A stretch of 57,238 nucleotides of DNA, counting the filler, from Sphacelaria rigidula (taxonomy: Eukaryota), in assembly GCA_964200075.2 (NCBI GenBank). It is 7 parts of 7 records of this genome, joined end to end, with 100 filler letters (N's around TTAATTAATTAA, not from the genome) between each part and the next. Parts side by side here need not be neighbours in the genome. Positions count along the whole stretch, not along the records: positions 40,957 to 49,047 come from CAXNAA020012336.1; positions 49,148 to 57,238 come from CAXNAA020012337.1; 5 more parts are not named here. One strand, given 5' to 3'. Both the position numbers and the translations under genes were made by a program. This document shows positions 48,259-57,238 of this stretch, in pieces. Each line of letters begins with the position of its first letter. The first letter of the stretch is position 1. Below the pieces are notes generated by a model. It was given only the letters and a program-made list of their open reading frames with translations, had not been told where the DNA came from and did not search any database.

Positions 48259-48969
48259 GAGCAGACAAGGAGACTATGGTATGCATGAACATGAGTACAC
48301 CCTATCGTAGCATGACTCTGGTCTGCTGTCCTGTGCCCATTGAGTTTCATCACTTCTGTGCTACGATAGGGGGGGGGGTGTTCGATTCCACGAAAACATG
48401 GGCTCAAAGGTGCGTCAGACCACCCAACACTTTCGTGGTGCGCTTTTTTTGGGTAGAAACGATGTCAAAAAATAGAAATGCGCGTTACAAGTCGGAAGCA
48501 AGCGCATTCGAACTACTGTTGCGGCTATCAACGACGATTGCAAGTGGATTTTCGTGGAAGAACCCCCCTCCGCCCCCCTTCCCTCTATCGTAGCATGGCT
48601 CAGCAGGTACAAACACACCCCATGGAGCACTGCAGAAGCACCGCCAACGAGAAAATCAACAACCGATAAAAAGACAGGGAACCTCAGTTCCCGTGTTATT
48701 TTGTAGCCCATTTCTCGTAGTCATCTCTAGCCGGGTACAAAGCTGGCCATTCTCTCGGTCATTTCCGTCTTGGATCTCTCGCGAGCTGTTGCTGTAACCG
48801 TTGTTGTTGTGCTAGCGATCGAGGGCAGTTCTCCGATTGGCGGCTCTCGATGCGACAGTCTCGATCTCGTTCACGGCGGCGGTCCGATTCTCGGTTGCCT
48901 TCGCGTCTCCACGTGTCCCATCCTCTTATTTTTCGGCATTGCCTTGTTGATCAAAACAGCTCTCCGTCG

Positions 48970-49023
<54 letters not shown>

Positions 49024-49047
49024 CCTGCCCCGCAGATCGGGCTGCGC

Positions 49048-49147
49048 NNNNNNNNNNNNNNNNNNNNNNNNNNNNNNNNNNNNNNNNNNNNTTAATTAAT
49101 TAANNNNNNNNNNNNNNNNNNNNNNNNNNNNNNNNNNNNNNNNNNNN
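49048..49147. other. Artificial scaffold-joining spacer
   Basis: 44N + TTAATTAATTAA + 44N. Confidence 0.98.
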
Positions 49148-49419
49148 CCGTGTGTGTTCTTCGACGGTGAATGTTGTCATTTACCCGTTCCTATAGGTAC
49201 GATTATTAAGCATCAATAAACCTCTTCTTCATATCTTGCCCCCGGGTCTCGTGTCACCATACGCAACAGCGGAAAATACTGCACTTGAAAGTGTCATCTG
49301 TGCCGTTACCTAATGCGAGCAACGATGACCGGTCCTCATGTACCTTGACTATCGATCTCATTGAGCGTGGCCGCGGAAGCCGCCGAACCCCTTGTGTATA
49401 TATATATATATATATATAT

Positions 49420-50095
49420 GGCCGTGTCTAGCAGGCGCGTTTCTCCTGCGTTACCACGCCGTTTACACCCCACAATGGCTTGAACGGTGGCTACGGAATG
49501 TGTGAGTGCCTTACAGCTGCTGTAGTGTCGATGCAAGGTACATGGGACGAGCACGGACAGGTATTCCAATCCCTGGAGGTGAACATAAGTTATGTCCAAC
49601 TCGTGAGTTGGACATAGCTCATGTCCACCTCCAGTCGGTTGGTGGTATTGTTTAGTACTGTGCAGCAGGCACGTTTCTCGACCGCTACGAGGCCGATTGC
49701 ATCCCACTATGGCTTGAACGCTGGCTACGGAATGTGTGGGTGTATTGCAGCTGCTGTGGTCTCGATGCAAGGCACATGTGACGAGCGCGGACAGGTATTC
49801 CGATCCCTGGAGGTGCTCGCGACTTTGACATAGCTTATGTCTACCTGCAGTCGGTTGGCGGTATATTTTGGTACTGTGCAGCAGCACATGATTAGGTGTG
49901 CCCATGCCTCCAGCCGACATAGCGTATGTCCAACTTGCCTCAGTCGCGTTTTTGACAAAAGCGGTGTCCAAGTCCAGCGCAGTGCTAATAGATATATTTT
50001 TGGCCTTGTGTGTAGCAGACGCGTTTCTCCTGCGCTACCAGGGCCGTTTGCACCCCACGATGGCTTGAACGGTGGCTACGGGATGTGTGAGTGTA
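49420..50095. repeat. Diverged ~230-bp tandem repeat (two units plus a partial third)
   Basis: ATGGCTTGAACG(G/C)TGGCTACGG at ~49475, 49709 and 50060; GGACAGGTATTCC.ATCCCTGGAGGTG occurs twice. Confidence 0.85.
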
Positions 50096-51051
50096 TCGGT
50101 ATCACTTGTTTCTCACCCTAACTCGTTAGATTAGAACGGCGCATGATTTCTCATTATGCTCCATTTTCATCATAACAGAGAAAAATAACAAAATGGAAGC
50201 GCGATGCAAAGCAGAGCAATCTGTAAGTTTTTAGTATAAGCACGTTGGGACTTCCAACCCCATGACTAGCTGTAACTACTACGTGAGGAGAAAAGAAGTC
50301 CGGCTGTGTTGGCGCCATGTTGGCAGCGCTACATAAGCAGAGAATCTATGCCCAAGAAGCGAAGACCGAACCAGGTAGAACGGCGCCCCGTCACTTGCTT
50401 AATCCCCCACTGGATGTACAGGAACAAAATCAAAGATAGATGATTTTTAGCTCATCGATGCTTTTCGGCAGTATTGAGGCATCCGCCGCCCGTATCGCGT
50501 GGGCAACACGCTGGCCTCATGCATGAACTCGAGAGCGAAGGCCATCGTTGGCGGCCATGACGTGTTCCTGGCCCGTGTCGGCGCCGTACCCGTTGGCGTT
50601 CAAGGTGTTTGCTGAATTCGCATCATGCTATTGAAGCGCTCAGCGGTAGCTATTCATTTACGATGTTTGCGAACCCCGCTCGGCAGGTCTGAATTATTCG
50701 TTTCACACACCTCGGAGTCAGGTGGGGGCTTGACGTCTCTCCACTATTGTTTGCTGTTATATATGTATTTTTGGTTGGTTTTCGGCGTCGTAGAATACAA
50801 CGCTCAATAAGCGATTTCATGTCATGCAAAGATGGTATGGTCGTGACGGTAAAAGGAAGGCGAGCTTACGTCTGTGACCATAGGTTCGAGAGATCGGGCT
50901 CATTTGCGCGCGCCACCGCGGGGGGGGGAAGATCCCGACGTGGAGAAACAGCGTTGTGATACGGTACCATGAGGGGAAGAAATAAAAGAGAGCTCTCCAA
51001 TCAGCTACGTCGAACACGATTTCTATCATCCACATTCAATCTCAACTACTT

Positions 51052-51349
51052 ACAACGTTTTTGTGAGATTGAGAGTAGAGCGCGGATTGAGAGTCGTCCT
51101 GGTCATTTGCTTCAAGGTAGTCAATTTTTCATTCCGTGTGTGCTTTTCTTTGCCCTCATCACTGCCGTGTTCTTACAGCTACACGTCGATATCCTACTCA
51201 GGGAGATCAAGAGCCTCAGTGGCAAGCTACTACAGGACGAATACCGGGCCTCGTGGAGGGGCATTTTGGAACCGAAACGGTTCATTCTCTGATTGACCGC
51301 TTTTCACTCTCAATCGCATCCTCTACTCCCACTCTCATGAAAACGTTGT
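51052..51349 (+). mobile_element. MITE family B, copy 3
   Basis: ACAACGTTTTTGTGAGATTGAGAGTAGAG ... CTCTACTCCCACTCTCATGAAAACGTTGT; a lone left end also lies at ~57015-57060. Confidence 0.87.
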
Positions 51350-52294
51350 TTACTATACTATTCGTTCGATGCTCACAGGGTGGGGAAGCGAGTAATTATA
51401 GTTTTCTGTCACCATGCACTGTGCAGTTGGGGTGACGCGGTATTCGTGCAGTAGCTCACGATGCCCCTGCCAATCCGTACCGTCATCGCCCGCAGTACCC
51501 ACTTACCCCAGATTATCGCACAGGTTGATTGTCACACGCGAGCGGGATTTGCGATGAATCCGGCCGTGATTGGAAGGTGGATGTACTCCACGTGAATGAG
51601 CGAGAAGGCTCGCCAAGAAGAAGTAAAAAAAAGATAGTTGGCACATGAAAAAGTGCACAGTAGTGCATGATCTTCCACCAGCGCATGGCAGCACGCCAAG
51701 CACGGGATAAACTGCGTATGCTGCCTACCTTTTGATCTTTACTCACGTCGTGGGGGGTCACGATATCCAGCGTTCATGATTGAGAGGTATTATGCACGTG
51801 GAACTGACGGTACTCACGTGTATCACGTTTGAGGTTAGACGCACACAGCAAAGTGGTCGCTTGCGTGTCGTTTGTTGAAATAGTCTTGTAGACACAGAAA
51901 TGACATGCACGATCTGAGCACGATAGTTGTGGACCTTCAGCGTCAGGCGCTTCTTCCCATGGCCATTAGCCCTGCCGTAGCTCGGTAACGGTATCAGCTC
52001 TATCAGCTCTCGTTTTTTGACCAAATGGTGCCGCTTTTTGTCTCGCCTGTTGAACCCTCCTTTGGGTTGTATCAACACCCCAGTTCACATATCTATTCGC
52101 TGCCGTTTGACTTGAATCACGGTTCATATACGTTCCCTTCGTACACGACTGAAAGTTACATTTTGTTGTCGATTGGTGCAGGTCGCTGCTGGATTGGTCA
52201 GGCTGATTCCCGTGCTCGGGTGTGTGGAATTGTGCATGTTAGTACCGGCGGGACTCCTGCGCCCTTCAGTGCCTTCAATACAGCCGCGAGGGGA

Positions 52295-55171
52295 ATGCCT
52301 GTTCCATGTGCCCACATGAATGACCCCGAGAGAGCATCACATGGCATAATGGACAACAGAAAAGCGACGTTTTGCGCTAAACACGCTCAGGCCGGCGTGG
52401 TCGATGTAAGAAGCAAGATGTGTGAGGAACAAGGCTGCTCCACATGGCCGTCATTCGGTGTGGTCGGTAGCAGGAAGGCGGAGTTCTGCGCTTCGCACGC
52501 TCGGGCGGGGATGGTCAATGTAAGAGGCAACACGTGCGGCGAAGAGGGCTGCTTCACATGGCCGTCATGCGGGGTATCCGGTAGCAGGAAGGCGGAGTTC
52601 TGCGCTACGCACGCTCGGGCGGGGATGGTCAATGTAAGAGGCAACACGTGCGGCGAAGAGGGCTGCTTCGCATGGCCGTCATGCGGGGTATCCGGTAGCA
52701 GGGAGGCGGAGTTCTGCGCTACGCACGCTCGGGCGGGGATGGTCAATGTAACGAGCAAGACATGCGGCCAAGAGGGCTGCTCCAAACAGCCGTCATTCGG
52801 CGTAGCCGGTAGCAGGAAGGCGAAGTTTTGCGCCACACACGCCCGGGCCGGCATGGTCAATGTAAGGAGCAAGATATGTGAGGAAGAAGGCTGCTCCACT
52901 GGGGCGTCATTCGGTGTAGCCGGTGGCAGGAAGGCGAAGTACTGTGCCACACACGCTCAGGCCGGCATGGTCAACGTAAGAAGGAAAACGTGCGGCGAAG
53001 AGGGCTGCTCGACACGACCGACATTCGGTGTAGCCGGTAGCAGGAAGGCGATGTTTTGCGCCACACACGCTCGGGCCGGCATGGTCGATGTAAGAAGCAA
53101 GATGTGTGAGGAAGAAGGCTGCTCCACTGGGGCGTCATTTGGTGTAGCCGGTGGCAGGGAGGCGATGGTTTGTGCCACACACGCTAGGGCGGGCATGGTC
53201 CATGTAAAAAGCAAGACATGTGGCGAAGAGGGCTGCTCTACATGGCCGTCATTTGGCGTAGCCGGTAGCAGGAAGGCGGAGTTCTGCGCTACGCACGCTC
53301 GGGCTGGCATGGTCAAGGTGAGAAGGAAGACGTGCGGCGAAAAGGGGTGCACCAAACAGCCGTCATTCGGCGTAGCCGGTAGCAGGAAGGCGGTGTTTTG
53401 CGCCACACACGCTCCGGCAGGGATTGTCAACGTAAGAGGCAAGACGTGCGTCGAAGGGGGCTGCTCGACACGACCGTCATTCGGTGTTGCCGGTAGCAGG
53501 AACGCGGAGTTCTGCGCCACGCACGCTCGGGCCGGCATGATCGATGTAACAAGCAAGGTCTGTGAGGAAGAAGGATGTTCCACTGGGGCGTCATTCGGTG
53601 TAGCCCGTGGCAGGATAGTGAAGTACTGCGCCACACACGCTCGGGCCGGCATGGTCAACGTGAGAAGCAAGACTTGCGGCGAAGAGGGCTGCTCTACATG
53701 GCCGTCATTTGGTGTTGCCGGTAGCAGGAAGGCGGTGTTTTGCGCCACACACACCCGGGCCGGCATGGTCAATCTTAGAAGCAAGGTCTGTGAGGAACAA
53801 GGCTGGTCCAATAGGGCGTCATTCGGTGAAGCTGGTGGCAGGAACGCGGAGGTCTGCGCCACGCACGCTAGGGCCGGCATGATCCATGTAAAAGGCAAGA
53901 GTTGTGGCGAAGAGGGCTGCTCCACACAGCCGTCATTCGGTGTAGCCGGCGGCGGGAAGGGGGTATTCTGCGCCACGCACGCTCGCGTCAGCATGGGTCA
54001 TGTAACAAGCAAGGTTTGTGAGGAAGAGGGTTGCTCCACTGAGGCGTCTTTCGGTGTAGCCGGTGGCAGGAAGGCGATGTTTAGTGCCACACACGCTAGG
54101 GCGGGCATGATCCATGTAACAGGGAAGACTTGCGGAGAAGAGGGCTGCTCGACATCACCGTCATTTGGTGTAGCCTGTGGCGGGAAGGCGGAATTCTGCG
54201 CCACGCACGCTCGCATCGGCATGGTTCATGTAACAAGCAAGATCTGTGAGGAAGAGGGCTGCTCCACTGAGGCGTCTTTCGGTGTAGCCGGTGGCAGGAA
54301 GGCGATGTTTTGTTCTACACACGCTAGGGCGGGCATGATCCATGTAACAGGGAAGACTTGCGGAGAAGAGGGCTGCTCGACATCACCGTCATTCGGTGTA
54401 GCCTGTGGCGGGAAGGCGGAGTTTTGCGCTACGCATGCTCGGGCGGGCATGGACCATGTTAAAGGCAAGAAGTGCGGCGAAGAGGGCTGCACCATACAGC
54501 CGTCACTCGGAGTAGCCGGTGACAGGAAGGCGGAGTTGTGCGCCACGCACGCTCGGACGGGCATGGTCGCGTTAAACGGCAAAATGTGTGGCATGGAGGA
54601 TATTAGCAACCTCAACCATCCGTACGGTGCCGGTCGCAACGCGAGCTGTGGTGGTCATCACCTCGGAACTTTTCGCAGGTCGTGTGTCAATCGTTCTAGG
54701 CGAGGTAGCCTGAATCCCACGACCACGCCGCCTGCTGGCTCGGGACAGCAAGCTGGCGATGCGTCAGTTGATGGTGTCTGTCTTGATGGGGCAGCGTCGC
54801 GCATGAAGGTGAAAATGGAGATGACTCTTCCTCCGCCGCGTGGTTGTGAAGCGGTAGCAACGAGCAACGGACTGGGTGCTACGCGATCTATTGTGCATGG
54901 CAGCATGGCCAACCGCAAACTCAGCGACGTCATAGACAGGAGCTGCGGTAGGAGCAATGCCAGTGCAAGGGAGAGTGCCAAGCGGCTGTGCACAGTTGGG
55001 CCGATAGAATCGCCATCCGATACGACAGTGGGAGATGGGTTCATGTCTGGAGAGGATGGTGACGTGAAGTTCGAGTTGGGAGTGTCCACCCCCTCTAGTA
55101 CCCGACCGGCGAAGGAAATAGCTTCATGTGGCGATCTTTTCACGTATGTTTTCGCAGCTGACATCGAATGA
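52295..55171 (+). CDS. EsV-1-7 cysteine-rich repeat protein (IMMEDIATE UPRIGHT-related family): 19 full 38-aa repeats, degenerate capping repeats and a low-complexity C-terminus
   Basis: Uninterrupted ORF (track 52025-55171); repeats C-x4-C-x16-C-x2-H-x3-GMVNV at 52421-54586 with an exact 114-bp period; probable start ATG 52295 (a 3' splice-site-like ttttgttgtcgattggtgcAG ends at 52181). Confidence 0.93.
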   Translation: MPVPCAHMNDPERASHGIMDNRKATFCAKHAQAGVVDVRSKMCEEQGCSTWPSFGVVGSRKAEFCASHARAGMVNVRGNTCGEEGCFTWPSCGVSGSRKAEFCATHARAGMVNVRGNTCGEEGCFAWPSCGVSGSREAEFCATHARAGMVNVTSKTCGQEGCSKQPSFGVAGSRKAKFCATHARAGMVNVRSKICEEEGCSTGASFGVAGGRKAKYCATHAQAGMVNVRRKTCGEEGCSTRPTFGVAGSRKAMFCATHARAGMVDVRSKMCEEEGCSTGASFGVAGGREAMVCATHARAGMVHVKSKTCGEEGCSTWPSFGVAGSRKAEFCATHARAGMVKVRRKTCGEKGCTKQPSFGVAGSRKAVFCATHAPAGIVNVRGKTCVEGGCSTRPSFGVAGSRNAEFCATHARAGMIDVTSKVCEEEGCSTGASFGVARGRIVKYCATHARAGMVNVRSKTCGEEGCSTWPSFGVAGSRKAVFCATHTRAGMVNLRSKVCEEQGWSNRASFGEAGGRNAEVCATHARAGMIHVKGKSCGEEGCSTQPSFGVAGGGKGVFCATHARVSMGHVTSKVCEEEGCSTEASFGVAGGRKAMFSATHARAGMIHVTGKTCGEEGCSTSPSFGVACGGKAEFCATHARIGMVHVTSKICEEEGCSTEASFGVAGGRKAMFCSTHARAGMIHVTGKTCGEEGCSTSPSFGVACGGKAEFCATHARAGMDHVKGKKCGEEGCTIQPSLGVAGDRKAELCATHARTGMVALNGKMCGMEDISNLNHPYGAGRNASCGGHHLGTFRRSCVNRSRRGSLNPTTTPPAGSGQQAGDASVDGVCLDGAASRMKVKMEMTLPPPRGCEAVATSNGLGATRSIVHGSMANRKLSDVIDRSCGRSNASARESAKRLCTVGPIESPSDTTVGDGFMSGEDGDVKFELGVSTPSSTRPAKEIASCGDLFTYVFAADIE
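52421..54586 (+). repeat. Coding tandem array, 19 x 114 bp
   Basis: First Cys codon at 52421, 20th (degenerate) at 54587 = 19 x 114, so there are no indels. Confidence 0.95.
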
Positions 55172-57238
55172 TGCCGTTTCGACATTTTTCCGTGCTATGT
55201 GCGGGTTCGTATCACGACAATGAACACAAGTCATGTTGTTCCGGACCGTACGGTGCTTTGCTTCGTGATCGATCGGAGGTAGGACTCCGCCGAATCATTC
55301 ATGTGTATCATGGCGCTCTGGGGTATTTTTTTTATCATTTCTGCTTTTTTTTTGTGCTTTTCTCTTTGTGTTCCGGCCTCCCAAGCTCATCCGTGATGTT
55401 TTTGCTGGCACCTTCACCGTTTTGGGCAACTCATTTTGCAGGAATGGCGCAGTGGTCATTGCGCTGCTCGCACGACTGTCGACTCCGTCGCGATACACAT
55501 GGTTGGGATCGGGGTGTGCCTAGCGGCACAAGTGCGCGTCGACAATGTGTACGACGAGTGGGTGGCATCGAACGTTTTCATTACTCGATAGAGCCGACAT
55601 TGACCAGCCAAATACCGCGTTGCGGCGCGACTGTCGCGTATTGAACATGACGATTACACGTGAGATAAGGTAGGCAGCTTGGGTTGGGGTTCCGTGTACC
55701 GATTCCCGTGTAGGCCAGGACTTTGGATACCCCAGTATCCCTACGCACCTCCCACTTGGCGGAAGCTAGGCCTTTAGGGCGCCTTGGAGTTTCAGAAGGA
55801 GCCAACGCTGAAATGAGGTAGTCATTGACCCCTCCTATGCGTGAACTCGTTCCGATATCACTAAGCCCCAAGTAGATATCAGCAACACCAGGGAGGTGAT
55901 GGGCAGGCAACACTGAAGTCAACCTGGGAGTGATTTCCGATACTGTATTGACACCAAGATATGTTGTCCCCACAGGGAGTAGTCGTGGTTGTCAAGCTCG
56001 TGCGTGTAGGAGACCGGGTGGTTGGTGACTTGTCCTTAGAGTCAACTTTGTTCGACACCGCTGAGCTCAAGCAGATCTCAACAACATTCGATAATTGGCG
56101 AACCATCACCTCCGGTACTTAGCTGATCGTAGTTTTTCATACCCTTTAAAGTCGCTCCTTACGGCAAACAAGTAAAACGTATTTTCCTTCGAGGCCCTTA
56201 GGGCTGAAGAGGCTTCTACTGAACCAAAATTCAAAACGTGTCCTGTCCTATCCGTCTGGGCCTCATTGTGAAGCTCCGAACCACGCACGTTTCCCCCCCG
56301 AATTGATTCGAAGCCGCGTTGGGCGAAAAACCATCCCTTTGCTCTTCTAACATCAATCGAGGTGCCCTCAACAAGTATCAGGTTCATTGGTGCTCATGGC
56401 GTTATGTTTCGCTTCTGTCTCTGGGCGCACTCGAAACGCTCCCAATTCGACTCTATTTGACCAGAGCGAGTCTTGATTGAACTTATCAGACTTGACTGTC
56501 GCAACTTCGATCGAGGCAATTTTGAAGGTTGGAGGCATCACACGCAGCAACTGGCTCTCCCGATCACTTTCAACACCCTCAACAAGGCTCAGCTTCATTG
56601 CTGCTTTCTTCGTTGTCTTCGCTCGTGCGTACCGACGCCGTCCGTGGCTGAGGTGGAAGGGGGTGTTACAGTACGTGATCGACTTCCCGGTTTTTTCACC
56701 CGTGAAGTTTTGCGTAGGGATAGAGCAAAGAGCAACCGCGAACCGCCCAGAAAATCGGTGCCAACATATATTAAGGTGAGTCCTCCGGTTGGACGGTGTA
56801 GAACTACAGACATTGCCAACAACACCGCTGCCGAATGCGAGCTTTTTGGGGTACAGAGTGTGTACTCGTATCGATTCACCTTCTGTCGTATAATACTTCA
56901 TGTGTTCGCGAATACAGTCTGTATTTGCAACCTTGCACTACTGAAGTGTCTGTGCTTGCAGAGCTGCGCTTCGCACCGCGCTTCGCACGTGGTTTGACAA
57001 GCGGATAATAAGTAACAGTAGTTTCGTGAGATTGAGAGTGGATGGTGCGATTGAGAGTAGGCTTTTCGAGGCTCTCTGCGGCGGGTTGTGCCTGCATTAA
57101 TGGACACAACACTTATCTCGTACAATGGTGCAATATTCTGTCGGCACAGCCAACAATGTTACCGGGAAATCGAGCGTCGAAAGTACGATCAGGAAATGAG
57201 TAAGTTTTATTCACAACAGGTCTCGCGGCGCCTGTTCC

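Noticed and set aside
52025-52294. N-terminal 90 aa of the 1048-aa ORF
   Set aside because: Contains a pyrimidine-rich tract and CAG acceptor ending at 52181; more likely intron plus 5' UTR than coding (not proven)
52387-54639. Long repetitive minus-strand ORFs (187, 345, 74 and 137 aa) opposite the EsV-1-7 array
   Set aside because: Antisense shadows of the 114-bp coding repeat, broken by stops while the + frame is uninterrupted

Overview
Eukaryotic genomic DNA, most likely from a brown alga (Phaeophyceae), judged from an EsV-1-7 repeat protein, a secreted WSC-domain protein, short GT-AG exons in long introns and the transposon content. The window is not one locus. It is seven unrelated scaffolds of 8092/8091 bp (1-8092, 8193-16283, 16384-24474, 24575-32665, 32766-40856, 40957-49047, 49148-57238) joined by artificial 100-bp spacers (44 N + TTAATTAATTAA + 44 N), so nothing can be inferred about linkage across spacers. 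Genes read directly from the sequence: a complete 4-exon EMC4 gene, three exons of a secreted WSC protein, the first exon of a PP2C phosphatase, a probable WDR46/UTP7 first exon head-to-head with an unknown gene, an acidic IWS1/LEO1-like N-terminus head-to-head with EMC4, two exons of a possible Exo70-like gene, and an uninterrupted ORF with 19 tandem 38-aa EsV-1-7 (C-x4-C-x16-C-x2-H) repeats. The rest is mostly transposon debris: an RT-less chromodomain Ty3/Gypsy element, integrase and LINE RT remnants, several LTR ends, a tRNA-derived SINE family and at least five MITE families. The most interesting observation is that the EsV-1-7 array has a near-invariant scaffold with variation concentrated at a few fixed positions, which suggests a TALE/PPR-like modular recognition code. 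That is a hypothesis. All homology calls are from motif recognition by eye, without database searches.
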